From NCBI GenBank assembly GCA_964016885.1, contig OZ024740.1, positions 335,296,001 through 335,360,000 of the forward strand: a stretch of 64,000 bases of DNA, written 5' to 3'. The position numbers were made by a program, and so were the translations under genes. Of the stretch, positions 26,621 through 42,262 are shown piece by piece (position 1 is the first letter of the stretch; each line of letters begins with the position of its first letter). This stretch comes from Eledone cirrhosa (Eukaryota). Below the pieces are notes generated by a model. The model was not told the DNA's origin and searched no databases. It saw only the letters and a list, made by a program, of their open reading frames with translations.

Positions 26621-29600
26621 GGCTGTTTTTTACAATCAGTTGTTATGCTGCTTTGGGCAGGTTATTTTAGGAAATACAGGGCTACAATTAGTAGCCAAGG
26701 GTAACTCCTAAGTTTTCATATCCTTCCTTGTCTTTTAGCTACAGCTGGTATTCCAGAACCGTTCTCGATATTCAAGTTGTTCCCAGTAGGCACCGTTCAT
26801 TCGGTGCAAAGTATCTCAAGTTACTTTGTCTTCATGACAAGAACATCAATCACCACTGGGGCCACTGTCTTAACTTCATTACATCAACATTTCAAGATCT
26901 CATACTTTAGATCTCTTTTCTTTTTTCATTTAATTCTAGTGTCAAAAGGACACGCTACATTTATGAGCTTGCATGATGTCTCCCTTTTCTCGATTACGAC
27001 AGTAACTCTTTTGTTGTACTAAATTTTCACCTCGACCTGAATTAGGAAATCCCATAAAAGCTTATATTGTCGTTCTCCAGCACTCTCATCTCCTTTGTGA
27101 TATAATGAGCAAAGATTTTTTCTGCACAAAGAAATCCATACTTTTTACATAAGCTCCAGTGCAACATGACAAATCCCGTATCGTATCGACCTATTTTATA
27201 ATCATTTTAGTCTAACTACTTACACTCGGAGACTATATGGACAACTATCACTGATTTCTTACTACAAAGTCTGAAGCTACTTGAAAATCTTCCTTATCTA
27301 TGTTTTTCATTACCCCATTTCTTATGACATGAACTTGGACTGCTAATACTTATCCTTCCGTTTCCTTCATAATGTAGCCTTTTCGTAAACATAACCAATT
27401 ATTTTGTCATTACACTCATTTCCTGTTTACTTAAGGAATGCTGAATGCAGAGGCATTCCATCGCATGTTTCTTTACGTTCTTCAACCATCTCAATCTTTT
27501 TTGTTTTCATGATCTCAAACAACCTCTAATAAAGGTTTTTCGTTCTAATTTGTTTATGTAGAAGACCATACCACTTTCTTTTATTTTGACATCATATTGT
27601 ACAGTCAGCAACCCTCGGCCTCCCTTCTTTCTTTCTTATACAGCCTGTCGGCATCATCTTATAGGTGGATAGAGAGTATTTTCCTAGATTTCCGATAAAT
27701 ATCCGATAAACTCTACTATCCTCTATTCTACTATACCTGCACCGTACCTAATTATTAGACCAACTCTGGTGTTTATTGCCTGCACAATATTTTATACCAT
27801 TCAGACTGGAAATGAGGATCGTCCTCAATCTTGGAAACCACCCTTTTCTAACAATTTCGTTCACTTTATTATTTTACATTTCACTTTATGTCACTGTAGA
27901 TCACTGAGATATTCATATGTTTCGTCTGTTTTCAGTGACTTCATCATTTTACCGTTTGGCATCTTACTAACTTTCCACGCTTCATCTCTATCATCGCACG
28001 CTTTGAACTGCCAAATTCCATCCCATTGTTTCCGTCTGACTCTTAGCAATACGGTGTCTAGCTTTTAAGTCATCCATATAAAATAGATGATTGAGGTTGC
28101 TACTATCATTCCCTAGTCTGCATCCGATTGGGACGCTTTTAAGAACAACTAATAGTGATATCCTTGCAACAACAAATAAAATTGTTGAACTGTTTCCTTG
28201 GAATATGCCCCATTTATCGTCACCTCATCTAATCTATCTCCAGCTGATGTCAATTCCATTTTCCATTTAGCCATTAATTTCTCAACAAGGTTCTTGATGC
28301 TCACTTATACCTTAAATATATCCAAACAGTGAAGAATCCAAGATAGCGGCACAATGTCAAATGCCTTCCTGTAGTCAGTCCAAACAGGGCATATATTGGT
28401 GAGCCTTTTTGCAGTTCACTATCATTTTTTTAATCATCGTTCCTCTTTTATTAAGCCTACACCCCTTCTGCTTATCAGGCAGGGAGTTTTCTCCCTCCAT
28501 GTGCTAATATTTTTATTATGACTTATCCATAGCTAATATTCATATTATGACTTATCTTCATGTGGAAGCTCATAATATGAATATTAGCTAGTCATGCAAC
28601 TGGTCTGGAATTTGAAACCTCGTTACTCTTACTCTCATCGTTCACTATCAAACGTGTGCGTCCTTTTCCACCCATTCTGGTGTTTCTCCAGAACTTAAGA
28701 CCTCGTCTAACTGTATAGTTATTAATTCATGTAAGTCTATTAACCAATATCCATTTATATAACCTGGCCCACTTCTTTCCATTTTGGAATCTTTCGCAAC
28801 TGGGTTTTCACCATCTCTTTTGTTATTTTGATGTTATCTTGCTTCTGCACACCTGGTGCCTCTTTCCCAAACTTCTTTATCCAATCTGCTTTGTGTTGAA
28901 CAGATTTGCTCTGAATGTTATTCCAAAAAGCAATACTTTCTTCTACATTTATATCATTATTCCTTTCGATTCTTTCCAGTTTGTCAATCTTGTTTTGGTT
29001 GATTTGGAAAATCTATTCTGCATGAATTGGTCACTTTTTTCTACGTATTCCTTTCGTTTTACAGCCTTCACTTTTATTCGTTGCTTCAACACCTCCAGCA
29101 CTATATTAATTCCCATATTCTTCACATGATATATTCTTTCCGCTGTTTATCTTTACCATTCGTTCTTTAACCTTCCATTTTTCCATTCCTCTAACTTGCG
29201 CTTAGATCCTTCCTCAATTTTGTAACAGTCATAAACACTCCACTTTTAATTTCCAGTATTTTAGCTACAACATTTGCCCCAGCAAGTAATAGGAGGTTTC
29301 TATCACTGTTTTCTGTTTGTGTTTTGCATACGATTTTGATGACATGCTTCGTTTTCTGTCTAGTTTTCTTTCTATCAGCAGCCCCAAGGTTAATTACTTC
29401 AAGCTCGCCCGAATTTTACTTGTTTATGATTATTTATTTTTCATCACCAATTTCGTTTCTAATTTCAGACTGCCACCTTTATGTTGCAGTATTCTCTTCA
29501 GCAAAATCAACAACATTTTTTGCTATATTACCTTCAACAACACTTCCAAAAGAAATTCGTTCGTATTACTTTTCATTCTCTTTTTCATGATATCCTCCCC

Positions 29601-29745
29601 TAATCAGCCCTGCCTTCAGTTTTCTCAGTTATTCTTTTAATCTGCCCTATTTCTATATGTGACAGATAGTCTCTTTCTCTATGCAACTTGCCTGGTTAGT
29701 TAGCTGTGCTTGATCTGCAAGGAACACACATATCTCGTTCCAGAT
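26610..29745 (-). mobile_element. Decayed, nearly full-length R4/Dong-type (RLE) LINE
   Basis: - strand motifs in order: TPEWVK..RTRLIV (~28650-28685), NSRPVAC, VWTDYRKAFDIVP (~28347-28388), LNHLFYMDD (28069-28095), DRLY..KEGGRGLL (~27605-27650), VLENDN..LWDFLIQ (~27035-27085), VAPVVI..LLGTT (~26775-26868); ends in (TAA)n. Confidence 0.85.
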
Positions 29746-29754
29746 GGTGAACAT

Positions 29755-30885
29755 TGGTCGATTGGCAGTATCGGTAGAGAGTCGGACATCATGCTTTGCA
29801 GCATAGAGTTACGGTCCTTTACGGTCTAGGTTCAAATGCCGCGTAGGTTAGCTTTGCCTTTCATCCTTACGGGGTCGTTAAAATAAAGTACCAGTAATGC
29901 ACTGGGATAATATCTGGCCTTGTGCCAACAGTAGAAACAATTATTTTTCTGTATCCCCTTACATCTGGTCTACTAAGTAGCACTCCATAACTGTATACAA
30001 GTATATAGTTACAGTATATAACAATGCGTCCAGTATTGAAATGTATTTGGTTCAGTAGCTTCTCAAAATATGTACATTCACTGTTGAAATAAGCGTTTTG
30101 TTAATTAACTTCACTGTTTTCGGACTGACAGTATATCATACTCCAATCCACTATCGAAATAAAGTTTCTTTAAAACGTTTGAATGACTTTGAAACAAATG
30201 TTACTTTAAATTATTCTCAACAAAGGTACACTTGGTAATAAAATAACCATTATCCATATTGTTCATTGTTTTATTATAATTATTTTATAACGGCGGTGGA
30301 TTGGCAGTATCGGTAGAGGGTCGAACGCCATGCTTTGACGCATTGAGTTACAGCCCTTGCCATTCTGAGTTCAAATCCCGCCGAGGTTAGCTTTGCCTTT
30401 CATCCTTACGGGGTCGATAAAATAAAGTACCAGTAATGCACTGGGTAATTGCTGGTCTTGTGCCAAAAAGTAGAAACAATTATTTTATAATTACAGTGGA
30501 TTGACAGTTTTGGTAGAGCGCCGGACATGCTTTGCACATTAGAGTTACACCCCTTTACGTTCTGAATTCAAATAACGCCTAGGTTAGATTTGCTTTTCAT
30601 CTTACGGGGTCGATAATATAAAACACCAGTAATACACTGGAGTCGAATTAATCGACTTACCCGTCCCAAAATTGTTGCCCTTGTGCCCAAATCAGAAACT
30701 ATTATTATAGTATTTCTTCCTATGCGTGTTTTATACAAGATGTTGGAACATGACCTATGAACTGAGATAATTTGATTATGCTGACCAAGTATTTGGCTGG
30801 TACCATATATTATAAACCGAAGAAGAATGAAAGACAATGTTAACCTCGGCAGGGTGTGAACTCAGAACGTAAAGAACGGGAACAA
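29755..30885 (+). mobile_element. SINE cluster: + copies ~29755-29943, 30291-30484 and 30495-30705; - fragment ~30790-30885
   Basis: The 30291 copy has A box TGGCAGTATCGG, B box GAGTTCAAATCC, the Nin/Deu core, and TSD AATTATTTTATAA at 30278-30290 and 30478-30490. Confidence 0.85.
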
Positions 30886-31412
30886 TTATTGCTATGCTTT
30901 AAAGATTTTGGTATCTATACTTATTTTTTATTACTTTAGAATTGTTACATTCTTTAAAAAGTGTATTTCGTAAAAAGTTAAATAACTCATCAAAACCTTC
31001 ATTTCTAAATCCTCAGTTGACTGTAAATCATAAGTATCTTTAAATAACTTTCTCCGTACCATAACAGATTCCCTATTAAATCGATAAATGTTAAAGCTAT
31101 TTATCATTGTCATAAGCATTCTCAATTTATTCTTATTTTTGAAAAGAAAACATATTATCGACAGTAGAAAGAGATATAGTATAAAAGGGAAGCTGTCTGG
31201 AAGTCTAGTTATAAACCTAGATTCAGTTAGTGATTGAGGCAAAGCATTTCATGTAAATAGCTATGACTCCATATAGAAACATATTCCAAAAATATATTCA
31301 TTACAATATTTTCCTGAATAATGCAGGTGTGTATACAATGCGTGTATATATATATATATATATATATAACTGTAAACAATTGCCTCCTGCGTTTTGTTTG
31401 TTCATTTTCAAC

Positions 31413-31461
<49 letters not shown>

Positions 31462-33103
31462 AGAGAAAGAAAGAAAGAAGAAAAGAGAGTGAGAGAGGGT
31501 TGTATGTATGCTGTATGAGTTGTTTTGTTGAGTTGGGTTCCAATGTGTGAGTTAACCATTTATAATTAGTGTATGTCAGTCTGTAATTGTATGGAATATG
31601 TGCTACGTGATTTGTTTAGTTTGTGTTGTGTTTTCAGGTGTCACTTTTCTAGAATTTGTGTAAGGTAAATTGTTGCAGTATTGTGTGTTGGTTTTGTAAA
31701 AGATATTTGGTAGGGATTGTGTACATATTTTCTTCGGTGGTGAACGTACAGGTCAGATATTTCTCAAATTATCAGACTGATGCCACATATTTTACATATA
31801 ATGATTTGTGAGAGCTTAGAATTTCGTAGGGAGACGTAATTTCTAATGCAAAATTATACAAAAAGAAATAATTCATGGGGATACATGAAGTATTTGCTGA
31901 TTGTTTTTTATACATATACAGTCAATTTCACATATAACATTTTTAGACAGTCACCTTTTAATATCTATGTTTTTAATACATAAAATCTAATTTCCAAGTG
32001 TATCCTGCGACACACTTGAGATTATCGGGGGCAATAAATTGCCAGAACATATATGTTGTAACCATTTGGTGTAAAGTATATGTTCGAGTAATTGTTTTAT
32101 TTATTAAATAATGGATATATAGTGACATATTTATGTATTGTGCACGATGTGCGCTGTGTGTCATATGCTATTGATTCGAAAGGTTTTATGTCGGATGTGG
32201 ATTGGGCTTAGCAATCAATGCTTTTTTTTTGTTTATAGTTGCAAGTACTGATATGGTTTCTATATTTTTCTGATTCGCTTGTGTTATCATACCTACTACT
32301 CCGACTATTATTGATGCACTTTTCACTTTCATATCCGCTAATTCAATTTCAAGATTCTTGTAATTTGACAGTTTCTAGACTTTCGTCCGGTGGATGTTTT
32401 TTGGTCAGAAGAGATAAAGCTGTTAATTAGATCACATACATCTTTGTCTCGTCCTTCGTAATTATATATGGATAGTTTAAATATGTTATGACGTAGAATT
32501 CACTTGAGACACATATATCCTTTGCCATAATTGCTGTCTAGGTCTTCATTTTCACCACAGTTTTCTGCATATCTCAAAAGTATTGACGTATATATATTAA
32601 AATGACATAGCATAAAACTCGATTTACATACAAAACATACAAAAAAGACAGCTACACAGATACAAAGATGTGTTCATTGTATACAACATATATAATCGCC
32701 GTGTTTATGCTGTAAAACACTGACATACCACTGGGTATATACACAACAAGACTGGCATACTACTGGGTATTTTACAAAACAACGATATTTCTGATGCCTG
32801 GAAGATATGATGAAAGAAATCTTGAAAAAAATCTTTCATAAATCTTTAAGTAAAATGTTGGCTAGCTGCCATCTACGTTGGTAATTTATAGTATGCCATA
32901 AATCTACTCTTGTACTGTTAGTCTAATCAAAAGAGAGTGTTTTGATGTGTTCACTATATTTCTCTCCTTCTTTTCTTTAAATTCTCTTATTTCTCTATCT
33001 ATCCATTTATCTCTCTAACAGCTTCATTTTTTGTCTTGTTTTCATACTAAAGTGCATTTACATGCATGTATATATATATATATGTATCCCTTCCATATAT
33101 ATT

Positions 33104-33164
<61 letters not shown>

Positions 33165-33171
<7 letters not shown>

Positions 33172-33620
33172 AATCTACCAAAATATACGGTAGTGTCCAA
33201 TCCGTATGAAGAACTCAATGTAATCCAAATATCATGAAAAGAGAAGATGTATTCAAAAGATTTTTCGATGAAAATAACAGGAAAACAGGGTCAAGATACA
33301 TTAATAAAAACAATGAATAAAAACAAAGAAACAGTTCCTTATATTAAAAAATTCATCATTTTACGATCGTTTCTAGGATATATGTGTGTGTGTTGGTATG
33401 TATATTATATAGATCTATGTAAACATTTTACAAACTTATTATTTCTGAAGACCGCATATATATGTGTAGGTATGTATATTTTCTGTGATAGTTTGTAAAA
33501 TGTTTACATAGATCTATATAATATACATACCAACACACATATATCCTAGAAACGAGCGTAAAATGATGAATTTTTTAATATAAGGAACTGTTTCTTTGTT
33601 TTTATTCATTGTTTTTATTA

Positions 33621-33621
<1 letters not shown>
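33165..33621 (-). mobile_element. Family C fold-back hammerhead element
   Basis: Arms 33301-33436 / 33490-33621 are near-perfect inverted repeats; tail 33165-33300 matches 5476-5620; microsatellite flanks. Confidence 0.8.
33441..33564 (+). ncRNA. Type I hammerhead with ~100-nt helix II
   Basis: ATTT-CTGAAGA-C..ATATATGTG...CACATATAT..-GAAA-CGAGCG (CGATCG in the other arm)-TA-AAAT. Confidence 0.6.
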
Positions 33622-33663
<42 letters not shown>

Positions 33664-33720
33664 GACCTGTTATCTTTATGTAAAGACATTTTTAAAAATT
33701 CCTACCCGCCCGTCCCCTCA

Positions 33721-33756
33721 ATCAATGAGAAGGACTAGCGTCCGAAACGTTATGAC
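33721..33756 (+). ncRNA. Degenerate minimal hammerhead-like motif
   Basis: TCA-ATGAGAA-GGAC(TAGC)GTCC-GAAA-CGT-TA-TGA; helix II is perfect, but core position 3 is mutated. Confidence 0.4.
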
Positions 33757-34167
33757 CCTCTTCCTGCTATATCAAGCGTTAACCTAATATATCCCTTCCA
33801 TATACTGTACCGATTGTGTTATTTCTGTTTACCTTTTACACACACACACATATATATATATCATTTATCATTTATCATTTATTTTGTTTGACCTGTTTAG
33901 CTTGATTTGTTTTTTGGCTGAGGTAGGTAATACCTTCTTAACCTCTTTTTCAGTTTGTATGACGTTTTAACATATTGTTTAGCTCTGGTTTTTTTAACTA
34001 TTGAGTGCTTGCCAGCATTTCTACGATTTTGCATTTCGTTTCGCTTTTCCTACCAGCCGAAATACGATTCTCGGTGAATTATATTTATATATATAAGTAA
34101 AAGGTAAACAGATAAAAATAACAGGTGCATATATATATATATATATATATATACACGTATATATATA

Positions 34168-34526
<359 letters not shown>

Positions 34527-34624
34527 ACACACATATATATCTATACGTATAATATACGTATATATATAAAATTGAAAAAGTAGAGAATAACATGGTCAAC
34601 AGTAGAAAAAAGGGGATTTATTTA

Positions 34625-34734
34625 CAGTCTAACAATTGTTTCTCTGATAAAGTTGTCTAAAAATTGTTGAACACTAGAAGCTGTGTCACTCAATTTCAAA
34701 TACAATGCTAGCTCGATCAGATCTTCAGAAACTA
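34625..34734 (-). ncRNA. Type I hammerhead with ~80-nt helix II and palindromic helix III
   Basis: - strand: TAGTTT-CTGAAGA-TCTGAT...ATCAGA-GAAA-CAATTG-TT-AGACTG. Confidence 0.7.
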
Positions 34735-34853
34735 TTATAAAAATATACATATAACCGGCAAATTTACAAATTAGAATTATTATATATATATACGTATATA
34801 TATATATGTGTGTGTACACACACAGACACACACAGACACACACACACACACGA

Positions 34854-34964
<111 letters not shown>

Positions 34965-35437
34965 TATATACATATATATACGTATATATATATACATATA
35001 TATGTGTGTGTGTGTGGTTTAGTGCGTGTGTGATTCTTGTTTTCACTTTGATTATATTGCAAGATACACCCAATGGGTTGTGGCTGGCCATGCTAAAGCA
35101 TATCTTAGTATTTGAAATTCCAATTGACATATCATATTTTCTCTTGTTTAGTTTCTCTATGGGCAAATGTTATAGACGCAGATTGCATCAGAAATTGTGA
35201 GTAACATTGGAAAGTGCGAAACCGTTTGGGACCCCGCTGGATGAGCTGTAAATGTTAACTAAAAGAAACAGCATTGTCATAATGCATTACGTGGAATCTA
35301 CCTGCGAGGAACTTTGACTGTACACATTTCTGTAGAATACTCAGCCACTTACACGTTCATCTCTGAAAGAGGTGGCTCCATTAAATAAATGCAATATTTA
35401 TAAATGAGATCAATGTACACACACACAAACACACAAT

Positions 35438-35528
<91 letters not shown>

Positions 35529-35653
35529 CCCCAAATGACTATATGTTGTTTACCTAATATAGGCTTGCTAATGATAATTTCATTTGAATCCATGTATACA
35601 TACATATTTGAATCCATGTATACGCACATACATTCAAATATATATATATATGT

Positions 35654-35717
<64 letters not shown>

Positions 35718-37641
35718 TGGGAGTATGTAAGTATGTATATACTTATATATATACATGTGTGGTTGACTTGCAGCACCAACATTCTTAAGTGAGACACGGA
35801 CCTATAAACATGAGATAAACATGCACACACATATATAAACATAGGCAAACATACACACTCAACCACATTGGCATTGGCCTGTTGCCTGTTATGGACCCGA
35901 CGACCCGTAAAGTTGAGAAGTTGGCTGAAGTTAATGTAGTTAATGGTTCGCTTAAAGTGTTGAAAGTTGAATTAATCGGAAATGAGGAGGAATTGGAAAA
36001 TATTTCATTTCTCTAAAAGAACAGATTTTTCCTGGTGGAACGGTGTAAATCGTGTGTATGTGTAAACGTGAGAGAGAGAGAGGGAACGAGAGAGAAGACG
36101 AAAGAGAAGGCGAGGTGAGGAGAGAAAGTCTATGCGTATAAATCTGTGAAGGTGTGTGTTCACGCGTCTGTGTAGCTAGGAACAAGGGGAAAAATAAAAG
36201 CAGGAAGCAATGTTAAGTGAGTTTGGTAAGAAGCCAGAAGGTTTATTGGAACAAGGATCTGGAGCTGTTGATGAATGAAAAATGTATACGAATATGTGTG
36301 TATGCATATGTGTGAATGTATGTAAATGTGCCAAGATGGATGGGCGTGTGTATGTGCATATATGTGCGTATGTGTATGAGTATGGATATTTGTATGTACG
36401 ATGAGAGTGAAGAAATTGTGATTGTTTATCTATGTCCATTTATATGTTCCCTAGTCCTAAAGCAGCAAAGGAACTTCATTTATGTGTGTAAGCCTTTTCC
36501 CCCTTTTCTCATGTGTATGTAGGTGTGTATATATTCCTCTATTTTGGTGCTTATTTGTACATAGGTGTTTATTCTGCGTAAATAAGGTAGCATAAACGTT
36601 TATGGATTTGGCATGTCTGCGTATGGTTTTTATGCCTAAGAAGAAACGTGAAAGAGTGTGTATGAGAGCAAACATTTCTGTGTATGAGAGCGAACGTTGG
36701 TGTGCATGGAAACGGGATTGTGTGTGATTGTATGTGTGTTTTATGTCCGCATAAATGCATACGTTCTGCATTGGATGAATGCGAGGAAAGTAGTAGAAAT
36801 GAATATTTTCAATTTATTCAAGAAGCCTTTGAACAAGTTCCTCTGATTGAGCTTCTGTTAAAAGTCCACGATAAAGACAAACAAAATATGAAAGTTTTAT
36901 AAGTATAGAACAAATTTACTCATAAAACTTTTTTTGTTTTTTAATATATTTCTTTCCAATTTTCTTTACATAAAATAAAGGCATACATCAATAATAGTTT
37001 GCAATATATAACCAGTATTTTGAATAGATTATAATCTATGGAAACTCATCACTTATTTTCTGACAGATTCTTCCTCGCAATCTTCTAAAAGAGAATATCA
37101 GATACAAGCTAACACCTCTATCTTGTCAATGCCTCAAAATATGTATTTCTATTTTGTTACTTTTTTTTTCGCATTGGAAGCACGTGCTAAGTTTGCATAT
37201 CAGATGTGTTTTGTTTTGTGTTTGTCATGTTTTGTGGGTGGTTGAGGAGGGTTGTGGCCAACAAAGTTTCGAAATGTTATCTGCTATCTTTCAGAATATT
37301 TTTTCACAGACTTATGTTATGCAGTAACAACAGCAATAAAACAACAACAACAATAAAAACAACCACAACAACATCCACAATAACTACAAGAAAACCAACA
37401 TAATATCAAGAAAGTCAACAACAATAACAAAAGCAACAATGTCAACAAAATAACAATTAACACTGACAACAGCAAAATAACAAACAACTAGTATATCACA
37501 GACATAAATAACAGCAACAACAACAATAGCAACAACAACTAGAAGTTTTCTTTCTATGTTATTAACATATATAGATATCAACAAACTTTAAATTATCTAT
37601 TTACAAACATTTGTTGAACGAGATGAAAATATATAACAACG

Positions 37642-37642
37642 A

Positions 37643-37712
<70 letters not shown>
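37642..37712. repeat. (TAG)n microsatellite
   Basis: Directly visible. Confidence 0.95.
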
Positions 37713-39398
37713 CAAGATGATGTTGATGCTAATGACGATCGGTTAATATTTCTTATAACTTGTAACTCGAACAATTATATCAGTCTAGCTTATTGGTTTG
37801 GCTTGTAATGTTGGCGATGACAATACTGTTAGTGTTAGCGATAAGGATACAGCTGATGAGTTAGATGTGTTTTTTACTGTTTTGTTTAGCCTCCAGTGAA
37901 CCGTGATCAAGACATATTCTAAAGTATCGTAGCCATAACCATATAGCTTTTTTATAGTTATCTGGGACTATATTATCCAATATGACCACTCCCTTCGTAG
38001 TGTAACTGTTGGTTGGGATTTGAAGAAAATTTGACTTTTATAGCAAGACGAGCGAACACATTGAAACTCGCTCATTGGACCACATGAATATTTATGGTTA
38101 GTGTAGCGTTGATGTACGCATACTCTTATATTAAAAATTGTGTTCAGAATGTATACACACTTTCATCATATTTCTAATATATAAAACAAAGAGTAAACGA
38201 AACTCCGTTGGTTTCAAGTATGTGTATTACATTGTTCGATAAACTGAACTACTTGCTCATTGAGTAAGTGGTTGTGGATTCTAAACACATGTGTTATTTA
38301 ACTAACATGCAGATCTGAGATACCGTGCGTATCAGGTAGAAGCTATGCTCTACAGGCACAGTCTAGCCTAATCAGTATATACAAACAGAACTTTATGGTT
38401 GGTGACGTAACTCCAGGCATGCTGCGTCCAACGTTTAATATATATCCCTGAGAAATGATTTTCTGTTCATTCATATTTTATACCTTCTCTGTAATAGTAA
38501 CAGTAAAGCTTTGGATTAAATTCAGTATTATGAATTTATCTGACGTGGATAAGGTAAGTATTTATATTTGTTTAGTCCCTTTTCAGTCTTGTACTTTACT
38601 GTGATATGGTTTTAAAAGAATTACATGATCAAATGTAACTTATGTTTCTTTAGGTTTAGCTGCTGGTGTTAGCAAGTCGAATGACCACATATAGCTTCTC
38701 TTTTTAGAACGAAAGTTCTCGTTGGTATTTATTTGTGTTGCTGCTATTGCTGTCGTTGTTATCGTTGTTGATCATAAACAAGTCAGTCATAATAGTTAGC
38801 ATTACAAAACTCTGTAGTAGAGCAAACTGAAACAACACTAGTAAATACTAGTAATTTTCTACGTGCTTTTCAATCGATTATATCTTTGCAGGCATTAGCC
38901 ATGCGGCTAGATTAAATATGTCAGTTCATGAAATGTTTACACGTATGAATTCTAAATTGAACTACATTTAAAAGCAGCCAATACAAAAATGTTATACGAT
39001 TTACAAGTAAGACATCTATCAAACATTTTGGTAGTTTTAATTACTCTGGAGAATTCGGATTCAAATCTATGAAGCAATGAGTTAAATCTACATTAACAGA
39101 AAATATATTGCTGTCATATTGCTCTGTTGGTCTGTAAATCTTACAACGATAACGAAATTACTATTAAAGTAAATTGAACTATAGTGCGGTCGATATACCA
39201 AAACGAAAAGTACTTTATCCATTAATATATAAACTATAACAGAAAACTGAAAATAATGTTTATTTGTATGTGTATGCATATATATACTTAGAGAGAAAGA
39301 GAGAGAGAGAAAAAAATTGATTGATAGTTAGATAGACAGATAGATAGGTAGGTAGGTGGATAGATAGATAGCTAGACAGACAGACAGACCGATAGAGC

Positions 39399-39472
<74 letters not shown>

Positions 39473-40603
39473 GGATGGATGGATAATTTAAATACAAACG
39501 AATTAAACAAAACAAGGTGAAGTAGTTAAATAATCCATTGTTTTACGATCATTTCAAAGGGAAACGTTAGCGCGATTAAAACTCATCTACACTTTTCCCT
39601 ATTCTCAAAGTCTAGTTCTAAAATCGTTACAAGTCTTATCCAGATTACGTAGAACACTATTGTAGAAATATAGCAGCTTTGAATACACATTAAATGGACA
39701 TCAATTTAAACAGCTCTCACATACATTTTGCATTTATCACCCATGTTTCTTCCGTTGAATCCTCTTTAGTTATTTTCACAATGGTTAACTACTGAAAGCA
39801 GGGACAAAAAAAAAACGTTCTATTTTGGGGCGAGAAGGGGTTGCAGTGATTGAGGAAGATCGAAGTTGTGGATAAGGAGTGCACTCAGCACTACCAAAGT
39901 AAAATATGGGAGGAAACTCGTATGTAACGTTTCACATGACCTCTCCAACGAAACATTTATATACCCCGTTGGCAACCGACACGTCGTTTTCAACATATTC
40001 TCAAATTAAGGAATTTAGGTATCATCGGTTTCTATGGGTAACCATATACAATATATCAACCTGTGGTCTATATGTGTATCCCAGTAGCCATTATTTTGAA
40101 ACATAACTGATCTAACAAAACATATTATCACTAGATATGCCAGTAGAAGCCATTTTCTCCACATTGTAGAAAAAGTGTATCAAATTTTATGTTTTCTAAT
40201 ATGTCTGCAGGGTGTCATTTGAGGGATATTTATTTACTATTGTTAGAAGATCAAGTGACTGCGTAAAATCCCCCGATGAATTTCGTTGGAAATATAAAAT
40301 TCGTCATAAATAGTTTCTATTTCCAGAAATCTCCTAGTAATATTGTTCGTTCAATCTATTTGCTAATGTAATTGGAACAAGAATAGAAACATATACTTAT
40401 TTTTTCCTCGAAGTTTGATACGCGTGGATTAATCTTTTCAATTCTATATTATGCATTGTTGGACGGAACCTACTTCGTCCTCTTCCTCTAAAGGAGAAGT
40501 ATTTCAAGTAGGTAGTGTAACCTATTCAATAAACATTCAAATGTCAATCAAGACGACGCTCAAAATATATTTAATCAAATCCTGCTATATATTAATATTT
40601 GGC

Positions 40604-40642
<39 letters not shown>

Positions 40643-41167
40643 ACACTTCTAAGTATATTTATATATACATATAGACGCTTCTAAGTATATTAATAAACCT
40701 GGCTGCTATTTTTAGTGGTGTAAGTTTATGAGACACGCTAAGTTCAGATACCTGTGCGTTGTTATTATATATACGCACACTGTTCAGTTTTTTAATATAT
40801 TTAGAAGTGTTTAGGATACTAATCCTTCACCCACTGACGAGCAAGAATTGGCATTCCTATTCACAATTAATTTTGCGAAACAGCAGTACCACAGCTGTCT
40901 GGGTGATTGGTAGTTACCACAATTCCGGTTTGTATTTATTTGCTTGATTTATTCTTAAATTGAGTCAGGCAGACCCGATTGTCTATAGTTAGTATTCTTT
41001 TCACCTTAGCGAGTCTGGTCCCTTACGATTTGAACACATACATGTATATATCTCTGTTCGTTTTTCTTTTATATTCAATTATAATATACGGCACGGAAAA
41101 ACCTCTTTCCTAGAACTATTTTATTGTAAGAGACTACTTTGAGTTTCAAACTCAATATATACCTTTG

Positions 41168-41334
<167 letters not shown>

Positions 41335-41652
41335 GTAATGAGGTACATATACATATATGCGATGACTATTCAGGCTCTGTTCGTTCTCAGTTCTAATTAC
41401 ACCTATTTCCTCAAGCATTGCCAACGTGCACATCGTATCAGCAATAAAACTACCATATGAAACATAGTTTTCTTATTCGATTCTGATGATTTGCCTAGTC
41501 CCTTTTCCCAAATGTTCCCAGCTAATTAGACTAAATCATGGCTACATTGCAGTGCAAACAATGAGTTACGAATTACTAGTCTCTGGGGTTGTTATTCCTT
41601 ACCACATCCACGAAGTCAGATATATATACTTTATTGACCATAGATATGAAGT

Positions 41653-41860
41653 ATTATTATATATTCTCAGATTGGCAGTATCGTTAGAGGGTATGACGCT
41701 ATGCTTTACAGCAAAGAGTTACGGCCCTTTAAAGTTAAAATTCTGTCGAGGTTAAATTAACCTTTCATCCTTACGGGGTCGATAAAATAAAGCACCAGTA
41801 ATACACTGGCATAATTGCTGGCCTTGTACCAACTGTAGAAACAATTATTATATATTCTCA
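41653..41860 (+). mobile_element. Nin/Deu SINE with 17-bp TSD
   Basis: TSD ATTATTATATATTCTCA at 41653-41669 and 41844-41860. Confidence 0.85.
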
Positions 41861-42262
41861 CTCTATTACAGGCAAACATGCTCGATTAAACTCTAATATG
41901 ATGTTGCTTATGAATACCTTATGAAAATAATTCAAACAGTTAACCCCTTCTTTTCTATTTCTTTTTCTCGAACATATATCTGTTGTAAACTCGATTCGCC
42001 AGGTTTTGTCAGTTCATCCGCCAAGTGTAATGCATTCTCATTAAATCTATTTATTGGATATTGTAGCAAAAAGAATATCTTAGGTCAAAACGTTAGTCAA
42101 TATGTCCGTATTCATCATACCATGTTTCAGGGCTTGTAATATGCTGTATAACGATGTGGGTGACTCTATTATACCCAGATATGCAAACTACCAAAAGAAA
42201 TGTATATGACCATTAAGTGTACATATATTCATGCCTTGCATACATACACACTATACACATAT

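Noticed and set aside
30291-30385. A and B boxes suggesting a tRNA gene
   Set aside because: This is the head of a multi-copy SINE with a TSD; no cloverleaf or terminator
39968-40043. RFX X-box-like GTTGGCAAC and GTTTCTATGGGTAAC near a TATA-like run
   Set aside because: Short degenerate motifs with no associated gene evidence
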